A stretch of DNA of 63,954 bases, filler included, from Octopus bimaculoides (taxonomy: Eukaryota): NCBI RefSeq assembly GCF_001194135.2. It is 4 parts of 4 records of this genome, joined end to end, with 100 filler letters (N's around TTAATTAATTAA, not from the genome) between each part and the next. Parts side by side here need not be neighbours in the genome. Positions count along the whole stretch, not along the records: positions 29,827 to 59,050 come from NC_068996.1; 3 more parts are not named here. One strand, 5' to 3'. The position numbers and the translations under genes were made by a program. Below, in pieces: positions 37,156-49,857 of the stretch; position 1 is the first letter of the stretch; each line of letters opens with the position of its first letter. Under the pieces are notes generated by a model. It did not search any database, was not told where the DNA came from, and saw only the letters and a program-made list of their open reading frames with translations.

Positions 37156-37789
37156 CAGTGTTACAAACATAGCTATGAATCATCTACCTATAAAGCCTAT
37201 TATATTAAGAATTCAAGTTACATACAGTGATTAGTAATAAACAGGGATACCACTAAACACACAAATATCAAAATATTGTGCACTTTCAGCAACCAGATCT
37301 TTATTTTCTTACTCTCATATCTTCCTGTTAATCTCATCTTAATTTGTGTTAATCAAGTATACCCCCTTTCTGTTAAGCAAGGCATCAATAGAAATGAGAG
37401 AGTATGTCTTAATCTTCAATCATTAGCTTTCTTCTTCTCATTAAAACTGCTTAAAAAGCATTTCGTCAATGTTTTTTTTCCCCTCTTACAGCCAATGTTT
37501 TTTTCTTCCTCGCTCACTCTTCCTCTTTCTCAATTATGTAGTAGATTTAATCTGTTGCCTGGTTTTTGGGTGTCTTTAGCAGAGTTTGTTCTATAGCAAG
37601 TATTTGAACTGAGTCTCCTGTTTTGAGAATAACTTCCTCCATTCTTTCTACAAGTCTCTGAATCCTTGAATAAAATAAAGGTTATGAGCGCTTCCTGACC
37701 CTGAAATTTTTTTTGTATCACTGACTGAAGGTTAAAAAACAATGTTACATTTTATCAATATTTTTGTCTTTCATTGGCTTGGTGTCAAT

Positions 37790-38492
37790 AAAATATATAC
37801 CAGTCAAACACTGGAGTCAATGTAATAGACTAACCCCCAATACCCCTTAAAATTACTGGTCTTGTGCCAAAACTTGAAGCTGCTATTATCATTATTATTA
37901 AGGTGGTGAGCTAACTGAATCTTTAGTGTCCTAGACAAAATGCTTAATGGTATTTTATCTGTGTTTACGCTCTAGGTACCAGAAGTATCAAGGTTGATGT
38001 AATCAGGTAGCCCCACCTCCGAAATTTCAGGCCTTGTGCCTATAGCAGATAAGATTGTTATTATTATTATTATTATTATTATTAAGGTGGCAAGCTGGCA
38101 GAATTGTTAGCATGCTGGACAAAATGCTTAGCAGTATTTCACCTATTGCAACATTCTGAGTTCAAATTCCACCAAGGTCAACTTTGCATTTCATCCTTTC
38201 GGGGGTCAATAAAAAAAAGTACTTTGGTTGATGTAATCGACTCATCCCCCTACCCCAAAATTGCTGCCCTTGTGGCCAAATTTGAAACCATTATTATTAT
38301 TAAGGCAGCATTAGCACATTGGACAAAATGCTCAGCAGCATTTCTTGAAATACCATTATTGTAATCTTTGCCTTTCATTCTTTCAGAATTGATAAAATAA
38401 GCGCTAATTGAGTACTGAGGCCAATGTTCAATGTAACCCTCCTCCTTCATAAAATTTCAGGCTTTGTACCTGAGTAGAAAGGATTATTATTT

Positions 38493-38525
<33 letters not shown>

Positions 38526-38560
38526 GGGTGGTGAATTGGTAGAATCATTAGTGTTAGACA
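37790..38560 (+). mobile_element. Cluster of CpG-decayed family A SINEs separated by (ATT)n tails
   Basis: For example 38084: aaggtggcaagctggcagaattgttagcatgctggacaaaatgc. Confidence 0.8.
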
Positions 38561-38977
38561 ACATACCTTATGGTATTTCTTCTTGCTCTTTATTTTCTAT
38601 GTGCAAGTCCTTTTCTCTTTCCAGGCTCAGTAATAAAGTACCAGTCAAGTACTGAAGCTGATATCATTGATTATTATTCTTCCTCTAGTTTTAGTACATG
38701 GGTTTTTATTAGAAGCAATAGTACATGGGTTTTTATTCATATTATGTTATGAATAGGGTTATGCATAGACAAAATCATTTGAGCATTGAACAAAAAATGC
38801 CTCGCAATATTTCTTCCAAATTTTGTTGAGGTCAAATTTGCCTTTTATTCTTTCAAAGTTCATAAAATAAATTATCAGACAAGTACAAGTATTAATTTAA
38901 TTGACAAATCCCCATCCTGCTGAAATTTCAGGTACTGTATCTATATTAAATACAATGTCTATTCTAATTAGAATAGC

Positions 38978-39155
38978 TATACTTTGCAGTATTAAATTAT
39001 GACTTGTGCTCTCAGTTTAAGATAGTCCTTCACTGTTTCAAGGATGATAAAATACTAGTCAGTGATTCAGGTAAAATATATACTATGTTCATTCAACTGA
39101 CAGTTTAAGCTAGTTCATAACCCAGAGACTGCCTGTATATTATATATTTGCACAT
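38978..39155 (+). repeat. MITE-internal repeat, copy of 40352-40531
   Basis: Direct alignment by eye (aaattatgact..gctctcagtttaagata..ctgcctgt.tattatatatttg.acatg). Confidence 0.75.
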
Positions 39156-39370
39156 GTTTATGTAAACATGTATATATGTGTCCACACACACATGTGCATA
39201 TATGCATCTGTGTGAGTTAATATATGTATACATATGTGTGTATGTATGCATGCATGTATGTATGTATATGCATGTATACATGTGTGTATGTATGTTTATA
39301 TATGTGTGTGTGTATGTATATATATATGTATGTGTACATATATGTATATCTATGTATGTATTTGTGTGTG

Positions 39371-39411
<41 letters not shown>

Positions 39412-39550
39412 TCTTTAATAACTTGGTTTANNNNNNNNNNNNNNNNNNNNNNNNNNNNNNNNNNNNNNNNNNNNNNNNNNNNNNNNNNNGTGTATGTATA
39501 TATATATGTATGTGTACATATATGTATATCTATGTATGTATTTGTGTGTG

Positions 39551-39591
<41 letters not shown>

Positions 39592-40237
39592 TCTTTAATA
39601 ACTTGGTTTATTCACTTTTGTTTTGTTTGTTTTCTTGCTTTTAAAGTGTTTTCTATTGAACTTTCAGTTCAGTTGATGACAAATTTGTTTTGTTTTTTGT
39701 TTGTTTTTTCTTCTTCTTCTTCTTCTTCTTCTTCTTCTTCCTACTATGACTTCGAAATATTTTTTTTAAAGAAATCCCCCATCTCCACCACCTGAAAAAC
39801 AAAAAAAACAAAAAAAATGAATTAAAAACTATACAAAATATGCAGCTGCCCTTCATAAATGTATAAATCTTCTATACTTCAGAGTGCTTTGTTGGTTTGG
39901 ATGTAGTAAATACACAAAAATTAGTTGTTGAAAACTCTGTGTGAATAAAATGCAAATAAAATGAGCACTTGCAAAAGTTTTTCTTATTATTTCTTTTATT
40001 TTAATTATTGTTGATGCTTAAACTCAAATCAGTCCTAATTGTGAAAATGTGTAATCAAAGACATTCTGGTTTCTGTTTTTTTTTTGTTTTTTTTTGTTTT
40101 TTTTTTTGTCTTGCAGCTATAATATATCCAGGACTACATTATACACTATAACTTTTTTTTTCCTTTTTTCATATTGTTCGGATCCAATCTGAAAGAGATT
40201 TGGCTACAATTTTTGCAGATCCTGTGACTATAGAGAA

Positions 40238-40559
40238 CAGTGGTTCCATACATCTTCACTGCCATGGATTCTTTTTATTTAAAGTAATTTACTCAAAGAC
40301 TCTAGTATTTTGAAGGCACTGTTAACTCAACAAATGTTGAACCTTACAGTTATACCTTGCAGTTTTAAATTATGACTGATGCTCTCAGTTTAAGATATCC
40401 CTTCATTGTTTCAAGGACAATAAAATACTAGTCATTAGTTTAAGTAAAATATATATATTATATGCATTTGACTAACAGTTGCAACTAGTTCATGACCCAG
40501 AAACTGCCTGTGTATTATATATTTGTACATGGACCCACTTGCCAAATGGGGAATCACTG
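40238..40559. mobile_element. Probable hAT-type MITE
   Basis: Ends CAGTGGTTCC and GGAATCACTG; TSD not recognisable. Confidence 0.45.
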
Positions 40560-40643
40560 ACATAGTGGTTCCCACATTGGCTCATATTATTTTGCTGTTA
40601 GTCTTGTTGTTGATGATGTTTTCATTTCCTTAAAGATTTGTTG

Positions 40644-41020
40644 GCATTCCGTCGTTTACAATGTCAAGGGTTCCAGTTGATCCGATCAACGGAACAGCTT
40701 GCTCGTGAAATTAACGTGCAAGTGGCTGAGCACTCCACAGACACGTGTACCCTTAACGTAGTTCTCAAGGATATTCAGCGTGACATAGTGTGACAAGGCT
40801 GGCTCTTTGAAATACAGGTACAACAGAAACAGGAAGTAAGAGTGAGAGAAAGTTGTGGTGGAAGAGTACAGCAGGGTTCGCCACCATCCCCTGCCAGAGC
40901 CTCGTGGAGCTTTAAATGTTTTCGCTCAATAAACACTCACAACGCCCGGTCTGGGAATCAAAACCGCAATCCTATGACCGCGAGTCTGCTGCCCTAACCA
41001 CTGGGCCATTGCACCTCCAC
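40644..41020 (-). mobile_element. SINE with family B head and tail but a different central segment
   Basis: Tail and tRNA head match 26005-26318; the middle (about 40820-40945) does not. Confidence 0.8.
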
Positions 41021-41309
41021 TTCTTAAACATTATTATGTTTACAACCAGGGCATAAACTTTACTGGTTCAGTTTTTATTACCATCAGTATTGTTTTAATG
41101 TCCACTTTGTTGAAGCAGATTTTTTATGGTTGGATGTCTTTCCTATTGCTAGCCTTCATTTGTTTCCAAGGTAATATTTCTGTATGGCAGGACATGTTTT
41201 CATTGAAGATTGGAAACAAAATGACACTGCTTATATGAAGACAACACTCATTTACAACCCTCACTCATTACCAAAATGAAGCGGCACACATACATATATA
41301 CATCTTGTT

Positions 41310-41900
41310 TCAGTCATGCAACTGTGGCCAAGCTGGGTCACCATCTTAGAACTTTAGTCAAAAGAATCAACCCCCAGTACATATTTTTTTAAAGTCTCAT
41401 ACTTATTCTATCGGTCTCAGTCGTTAAGAAGTGATTGGAGACAAACACACACACACACATGCATATAAATATGCAACAGGCTTCATTCAGTTTCCAGCTA
41501 CCAAATCCACTCACAAGGCTTTCACCAGCCCAGTGCTATAGTAGATGACACTTGTTCAAGATTCCATGCAGTGAGACTGAATCCAGAACCATGTGGTTGA
41601 GAAACAAAATTCTTACCATATATATACACACACACGCACACACACACATATATATATAAAGGGTTTTTCTCAGTTTTTGTGTGACCGTGAAATTCGTTTA
41701 CAATGGTCATGTGATGTCAAGATGAGGTACATATATATACATACACATACAACAGACTTCTTTCAGTTTCTATCCACCAAATACACCTGCAGGGCTTTGG
41801 TCAGCCCAGTGGCCATAGTAGCTGTCACCCAGTGAGATTGACCCTGAACCCACTCAGATATACAGCAGACTTCTTAACCACATAGCTATGCCTGTGACTT
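41310..41900 (-). mobile_element. Two decayed family D SINEs
   Basis: accaaatccactcacaaggcttt...gagactgaatccagaaccatgtgg, and a repeat of this motif near 41750-41890. Confidence 0.75.
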
Positions 41901-43115
41901 CTCTTGCTTGTTCATTGGTACAATGTGTAGGTAAGACTCATTACTCTAAGTATTGGAAACATTGTATATTAAATGTTTGTTATCTTTTCATACTGAATTC
42001 AACTCCTCCAGTTTGGATTGGTTTGAAGTAAACAATTGTGGATAACAATTCCATTTAATTCCTGTCATCTTAAAATCAACATGATAAACAAACAAGAGTT
42101 AATCCTCTCCAGGTCTTTTGAACAGTATAAAAAGACAGAAATATGTTATTCCTGGCAGGCCATTAACAAAACATTGTGAACTCTTTGATAATTTTTTTTT
42201 CTATTCGAAAATACTATAAAATCATCAAACAACCTAATTAAGATAATACAAAAGCTTTTATCTTTATTTTCATATAAAAAGAAAAAAATATTTCTTAAAG
42301 TAAATGACAAGAAACTGAACTCCCAGAGTGTTGACCCTTTCTACAGGTTTCTTTGACACTATTCAATGCTTGAGCATTGTGAAAAGTAAATGAAATATAT
42401 AACCTGATAGGAAACAGTATGTGTGCTGATGTCGCATGATAATCTAATAAACTACATCAACACTGGCTTACCAAATAATATGTAATTCAGAATCCTCAGA
42501 ATCCATTTGAGGATCTGCATTGGTGAAGTGATCCAACTGAATAAAATTATATGCAAAACAACATTTAATGCTGTGTTTCCAACTTGGGTTCTCTGATACC
42601 TGAAGATTCTGCAAGAGATTATTAAGGGTTTTGTGAGAAATAATATTTTAGTCTTTTATTTATTTCGGCCATTGGGCTGTGACCAAACTGGGGTACTTCC
42701 TTGGAGTGTTTAGTTAAACAAATCAACACAGTACTTTTTTTTTTTTTTTTTCAACTCTAGCACTTTTGCTGAAAACAGTTCCACATATGTAAAGAAACCA
42801 ACATTGGTGGTCAGAGGGAACATACACAAATATAAAGACCCACACGTGTGTGTGTGTGTGTGTGTGCCAAGGCATGTAGCCTTGAAGTTAGGCTGTTGCA
42901 CTCACACTCTCTAAATTGTCAGTTTGACTCCCAGACTGGGTGGTACATTGTGTTGAGCAAAACACTTTATTTCATGTTGCTTCTGTACCCCTTTTGATCA
43001 GGAGGTAACATTGTCAGCAGGTTGAAATCATTTGAAGGCTAAAACGATTCAAAGTGCATTGTGACCAGCAATGTGTAACAGCATTTGATAGTCTGGTCGG
43101 TCACATAATTACATA

Positions 43116-44325
43116 CAGGGGGTTGGACAAAATAGTGGAAAATTTCCAACAAACTTATTTTAATATGAGGTAGGACTGCCTTTGGCAGTAATTACAGCTT
43201 GAATTCTACGAGGTGTGGACTCATACAAAGTTTGAATTGTTTCCAAAGGAATTTTTGTCCATTCTTCAGCTAAAACAGTCTCCAGTTCTTGTAGTGATGA
43301 TGGTGGAGAATATCGACTCCTTGTTTTTTTAAAATGCACCATAAATGTTCAATACTATTGAGATTGGGGACTATGGTGGCCAGATAAGTTGTTCGACTTC
43401 ACTAGAATGTTCCTCATGCCATTCAGTAACAACTGTAGCTGTGTGAATTGGTGCATTATCATCCTGAAAGATTGCATTTTCTTCTAGAAACAGTTCCACA
43501 ACAATAGGCTGAATTTGATCAGATAAAATGCTTAAATTGTTTTGACTATTAATTCTGCCATGAAGGGAAACCATTGGGCTGGCGGATTTCCAAGATATAG
43601 CCCCCAGATCATCACAGATCCTCCTCCATGTTTAACAGTTGGAAGTAGGCAGTCTGCATCAAATGCTCCTCTTGGCTGTTTCCACACGTATATTCAGCCA
43701 GTGGTCAGAAATAAAGTAAAGAATGACTCATCTGAGAAAATAACATTCTTCTACTGCTCTAGGGACCAATTCTGTAGGTTTTTACTCTTCTCTAAACGCT
43801 TTGCAACGTTTGTTTTTGAAAGTAGTGGTTTTCTGATTGCAGCCCTCCCGTGAAATCCTGCTTTGTGCAGCTCCCGGCAAACAGTTTTTGTGGAAACTGG
43901 GTTCTCGAGGTGGTCATTAAGCTCTGCAGTAATTTTGGGAGCTGTTCTTTTGTGATCCTTTCTAACAATTCACGTAAGAGTTCCTATCTGAAAGTTTTGG
44001 TTTTCTTCCAGAGTTTTGTTTTGACAAGGAAGTTTCTCCCTCTTTCTCAAAGGCTGTCATTACTTTCGAGACAGTACTTCTTGATACACCAAATATTTCG
44101 GCTGTTTTTGTTATGCTAGCGACTGCCATACGAGCACCAACAGTTTGACTTCTTTGGAAGTCCAATAGATCTGTCATTTTAATTACCTTTTTCTGATGAT
44201 ATCTGAAAAGAAACAGCAATTTTAGCAAAACATATTAAGCAACACTAAAAATAAATCAAAAGACATAAAAATAAACAAGCTTTTGACGGTTTTATAGGTA
44301 TTTCAAAATTATTTTGTCAACCCTG
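43116..44325 (-). mobile_element. Near full-length decayed Tc1-family (DD34E) transposon
   Basis: TIRs caggggGTTGgacaaaata / tattttgtcaaccctg. Transposase motifs GVSRSTVSKV..GRKPKLS, VIFSDES, VKHGGGSVMIWGAI, FQDDNAPIH, WPP*SPNLNSIEHLW; frameshifts and stops present. Confidence 0.92.
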
Positions 44326-44346
44326 TTTATGTATATATATATATAT

Positions 44347-45085
44347 AGGATGCAGTGAATAAACTGTCATCTAAACTATACAGAGATGAAAATAACACTG
44401 ACATCTCATTTTAACAGATATATTTACCAAAATTACATTGAAATAGCTTGAAGGACAAACAAGTAAATTTATTCAATTAAATCACCATTGGCTTGAACCA
44501 CAACATCAAGGTGACTTCAAAATTTCCTACAACTCTTCTGGACAGTCTCCTTGTTTAAGTTGGTGAACGCTTCCATAATCCTTGTCATCAGTCTATCTTT
44601 GGTATTACAAGAAGTTTTGGTCGCTTGCTCAACTGCGCCCCACACACATAATAATCAAGGGGGTTGCAGTCTGGAGAGTTAGGTGGCCAGATGTTAGGGG
44701 GTGATGTGGTCGCAGAAATTGTCTGACAGCCATGACTGGGTTCTCCTGCTTGTGTGGCATGGTGCAGAGTCCTGTTGCCAGACATAGGGTCTTCCAGCAG
44801 TCACCCTCTTGATCCAGGGCAGCACTACCTCCTCCAAGCACTTGATGTAGGCCTCTGTGTTGAGTCTGAGACTGTGTGGGAAGATGAATGGAGGCATAGC
44901 ATCACCATCACTAGTGATCACTCCAAACACTATGGCGTTGACTGAATGTTTGATTTTTATCATTCTCGGTACATGTCCTGAGATCACACTGTCCTCAGAT
45001 TGACACCTAAACACTCTGAAATGGTCATATTGGAGCTTCCAGCACAAATGCCAAGCAGTACAGCATGTCATTTCCAAATTTCTGG
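44347..45085 (-). mobile_element. maT/DD37D-type transposon, 3' half
   Basis: VFGVITSDGDAMPPFIFP..LRLNTEAYIKCLEEVVLPWI...WQQDSAPCHTS...WPPNSPDCNPLDYYV. Confidence 0.88.
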
Positions 45086-45234
45086 CAGAGTGAATTGTAT
45101 CATGCTGCTGTTTTTCTTACAGATGGTTCCCACCTGACCCTACTATACTGTGTAATCAACAAAATCAAAAACAAACAATGCACATACACAAAATTAGAAA
45201 TATGAAATGGCAAAAATTTACCCACTGCTCCCTC

Positions 45235-45289
<55 letters not shown>

Positions 45290-45292
<3 letters not shown>

Positions 45293-45460
45293 TACACGTG
45301 CCAGGATTCCATATGATTTCTGTATATCAAATTCACCCAGAAGGCATTGGTCTGTCTGGGATTATTGTAGAAAATACTTGCCCAAGATGCCAAGCTATGA
45401 GACTGAACCCAAAGTTATGTAGTTGTGAAGCAAGTTTCTTAACCACACCCAGGCCTATTA
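45290..45460 (-). mobile_element. SINE family D, 5' half (decayed)
   Basis: accaaattcacccagaaggcattgg...gagactgaacccaaagttatgt. Confidence 0.7.
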
Positions 45461-46204
45461 TATACAATTATGTTTTTAATCATTTTTGGATTCATTTCTA
45501 TATTTGTAATTTCATTATACCTGCCTGGCATATTCCCTAATGTTAAAAAATCTTGGCATTTGTAGGTAATAAGGTAAATCCTATGGGAGAAATGATTTTA
45601 TTAGGTCAAAAAGGTATATAAATGAAAAGGTAAAGGGGTGGGGGGAGCCTCTAATCAGGCAGGGACAACTTTTTTTAGGAGGAGGCCAGTTGAGGCTATC
45701 ATCAGGCAGGCTGCACTAGCAAAAGATTTCAAGGTATCTTTTTTTAGGTGCGCCATTCAGGAAGTCCTTCAAACCACAGTTTGCCCATGACTGCTATATA
45801 TAGTCATGTCATGTTAAAAGTCCCTTTTAAATCTCAGCCATTACCTCTTAAAAAGGGAAAGTCACTTTAGATAATGTAAATTTATCTAGATAAACTTATG
45901 TATAAAACTATACATAATGATCACAGCAGGGATTAAACAACAAGATTACAACTATAGCAGTATTTGATGTGGTATTTAAATCACTAAACTTACAGCAGTA
46001 AATCTAATTACTTGCAGCAACAGATCTATTTATTTTTAAATGTTATTCTCATATATCGATTACATAAAAATCAGTGGTTGGTGATGAAAACAATGATACG
46101 AGCTAGCTGTTCAGGAGTTTTATAAATATGAACATTTTAAAAACAATGAACAGTATTAGGACAAAATAAAAAATAATAATAATAGACCAGATAAAAATTA
46201 ATCA

Positions 46205-46500
46205 TACTCTTGGATGTGCCAATCCACACAAGCATGGAAATTGAGGCTAATCCACTAGATATTGTTGTCAAGGACAGCCAAGTCAGGAAAGGAAATGCCA
46301 CTTAATCGAAGTATCAATCTCAGCAGTTGATATCGTATCTGTCAAAGACATAAAGAAATTATCCAAAAATAAAACGTTAATTGAGGTAACCAGCATGTGG
46401 GAACAGAAAACAGAAATAGCATCTACTATAAAAGGTGTCTTGCAATTTGATTAAAAATAAATGGACAGATTCATATTCAGACTCCAAGACTTACAAATAT
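46205..46500 (+). mobile_element. Highly decayed R4/Dong RLE fragment
   Basis: WDVPIHTSMEIEANPLDIVVKD...CHLIEVSI...KKLSK...IEVTSMWEQKTE. Confidence 0.6.
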
Positions 46501-49014
46501 GTGCAGCATAGAGAAAATAGCAGTGGATGTATGCCTGAGTAATAGAAAACTTCACTCAACAATCATGCAGTCTTGAGTTTGATCTTCTTGTGTGTCATCC
46601 ATGACAAATATCTTTTACTGTTCATCCAGTTAACCCATGCCTAGCAAATGAAATTGTGCATATAGAAACTGAGTGGAAGCCTATAATTCAACAATCTGGT
46701 CTTATCTGCAATGTTGATCTCTGAATCATTGCCCCCTTTTTAAAGAATGATAAGTGCAGTGGTGGTGGAAAATTATATGTAGTTGAGATGGTCCAACATG
46801 GATTTGCTTAAAACTTGGAATCTCAATAACCACCAGGTCATACAAGAGCTGTGTTCTGTTGTTCGTTCAGAAACAAAATGTGTGGCAGTACAGGACTGAC
46901 AGACCAGTTGTTCAGTTTGAGGATCTTTTTATGCCACAAAGTTGGGAAGTGAAAGAAAGAGACAGAGTGGTAAATAGTAACAGCAGCAGGTTCTGGAAGC
47001 TGCTGTTCTAACAGTATCACCAGTCGAAGTTCTGGAAATAGTAGAGGATTTCACCTTGTCTTCAGTATCAAACATGAATGATGCCAAAAATCTATTCTTC
47101 CAGTGACACTACCTGATCCCTGCAAAAAAAATGGATAACAGATGAAGGTTTGTGAAGACTGGCAGATCAACACAGATGTAACAAAAAAAAAAAAAAAGGT
47201 CTCAACCAAAAGGTATCTAGGACATTTGAAGAAAACCTTGCAATCTATGACACTAGAAGTGGAACCTTGTCCATGACATTGGTCTCATTCGTCTTGGAAA
47301 ATAATTATAAACTATTAAATCTAATGTTTGAGCTGGAGAATATCCCCTTCAACAACAAATAATTTGAATGAGTATGAGATGGAGTACAAGGACCAAGTGC
47401 CCTCAAACATTATATTTTAGTGAAGACCATATTAGAGGTCTGTAAACAGATGTTTCCTCAGAGGATGCTGTCCCAGCAAGGCTCAAAAGACACAAGAAAT
47501 GCTCTTGGATGCTTTTAAGTACAGCTGTAATCATTTATTGCTGTAAAAAGTGGCACTAAGGTAAAATCATAGGATACCCTTAACTGACCTAGTTGATGGG
47601 TTCTTGCCCGTCTATGGATATATGGAGCTACCCCATGTTTCATGTTATATTTATGTGATTTTTTAAAAACATGGAATTATATTATTTTGATTTCTTTAAT
47701 TTATATCAAATTTTTAATATGTTCATTGTATAATGTCTTTAAGCCTCCACTTGCATTTATAACTTTTATTTGTCCATTCTTAGACATTTGAAACCCTAAG
47801 TCAACACTTTTCTGTTGTATGTTTGAATGGATCTTTGATGACATATAAAGAAAATGTTATTGTCATCATTGTTAGTGTTGTTGTTCCATTGCTCTTTTCA
47901 CTGTTGTTGTTTGCTATAGATGCACGTGTTTACATACAGTCTACTTGAACAGTGATCTTTTTCGAAAGTGACATGATGGAAATGAATACCAATAAAAGAG
48001 TCTCAATATTAAAGAAGTGTGGTAATAGGTGAATGTGTAAAGTAGTCTTCAGTTGTAATTCATCTGTTTATTGTTTAACAATTAACAAAGGATGCTACCA
48101 TTCCAAGGAAAGAAAGCAAAGTGACATTGAAAAATAGTGTCTATAGCAAAAACTGTGTTCTCAGAAAGAAGCTAGAAATGTATGTGAAAATAGTCTGTGC
48201 ATGGTAGTTTTAATGTTGACATTTCTTTTTACAACCTAGCATTTTGACAGCCGTAATTGTAGAAATTGTCAAGCATACTCCACTGCATATATCATTAAGT
48301 CCCTGACATTCAGATTACCAGCCAAGTTCTCTACCTTCTGTTTTTAGATCTGGTCTGTTGAGTCCCAAAACAAATCTGACAGGGCAGATCCGTGGTGACA
48401 TCGTCACTTGAAAATTCAGTGCTTATTGAATAATTTGATTGGCCAGATTTTTGTTGAAATCATTACTTAGTTGAAAGATCCCGTCTATTTACACACACAA
48501 ACTTGCAAAGGAAATAGCTGGATTTCATATTGAGGTCTGCTATTAATATTCCACCATTGGAGAGTTAGTTGTGTAGCAATGAGTAAATTATGATGTAAGT
48601 GTAGCAGGTTCGTTTTGTCTGTATGCATTTGAAATTCTATGTCTACATTATCTCCCTATTGTATATATGAATGGATCTTTGATGGCAATAGAGATTGTTA
48701 TTCCTGTTACTGTCATTGATGCTGCTGCTGCTGACATTGTTGTTTGATGCGGAAGCTCACATTTAAAAGTCCTGGAATAGATATATTTCAAGATTGACCT
48801 GAAGGAAAGAATTACCAACATAAGAGGTCTTTGACTTATTTAAGGCTTGACATCATATTGTTCTTTGACTGCATATATTTCTACCAAATGGCCTTTATAA
48901 CTTTTTTTTTATTTCAAAATGATTGCATGAATGGCTGGAAGGAGAGGTATGTGCCACAATGGTAGTATCACTGGCAAAACAAATTTTAACACTACCCAAG
49001 AATTTGCTGACATG

Positions 49015-49360
49015 GAAACAGATTTACAAAGAACAAATGCGTGATCGCTACCAGCGTCGCCTTCCTGGCACTTGTGCCAGTGACTTGTGAAAAGACGTTT
49101 GAGAGAGGTCATTGCCAGTGCTGCTGGACTGGCTCCTGTGCAGGTGGCACGTAAATACACCTGACTGGCCTTCGTGCCAGTGGAACGTAAAAGCACCCAC
49201 TACACGCTCAAAGTGGTTGGCATTAAGAAGGACATCCAGCTGTAGAAACTCTGCCAAATCAGATTGGAGCCTGGTGTAGCCATCTGGTTCACCAGTCCTC
49301 AGTCAAATCGTCCAACCCATGCTAGCATGGAAAGCAAACTTTAAACGATGATGATGAAAT
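49015..49360 (+). mobile_element. 5'-truncated RTE copy (3' UTR only)
   Basis: Aligns with 58715-59045; ends in a (GAT)n tail. Further copies lie at about 50350-50700 (-) and 53280-53760 (+). Confidence 0.85.
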
Positions 49361-49812
49361 GAGACAAACAAACTCAAGACTCTCCCAGATTCTATGATAC
49401 AAAGTTCTTGTTTTAAAGTGATCTAAATTCAAATATTTCAGCAAAATTTGTTAATTTATATTCCAAACATCAGCTTAATAATGACAATGTTAATTTACTA
49501 AAGCTAATGTATTTTTAAAGAAGTATGGTAATGAATTGGTTAAACAAAATGACAAGTGTGTAAGCAGAAACTTGTACAGTTTAACACAAAAGCAAATAGT
49601 ACAGAAAATGCTATGTTAAACAGGAAGAACAATAAGAGCATTTCAATTTTTGCTAATATTGTCGATAATATGGAATTCCTTTATATGAGTCAGCTCCATA
49701 TGGATGAGGTACCTCAAGAAAAAAACAGTGTCTGTTTGACACACAGCCCAACTTTTTTTTTTTTAATTTTTATGCACCAGCATGACCGCAGCCACTTGGC
49801 TGAAACACATAA

Positions 49813-49814
<2 letters not shown>

Positions 49815-49854
<40 letters not shown>
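49815..49854 (+). repeat. A40 tract following a family D SINE 3' end
   Basis: Preceded by ccagcatgaccgcagccacttggctgaaac. Confidence 0.85.

Positions 49855-49857
<3 letters not shown>

Noticed and set aside
39310-39610. About 120-bp direct repeat on either side of a gap
   Set aside because: Near-identical sequence flanking Ns indicates unmerged contig overlap.
46838-47119. Minus-strand frame with one internal TGA (possible selenocysteine or exon)
   Set aside because: No homology recognised and no SECIS seen; other frames are also broken.
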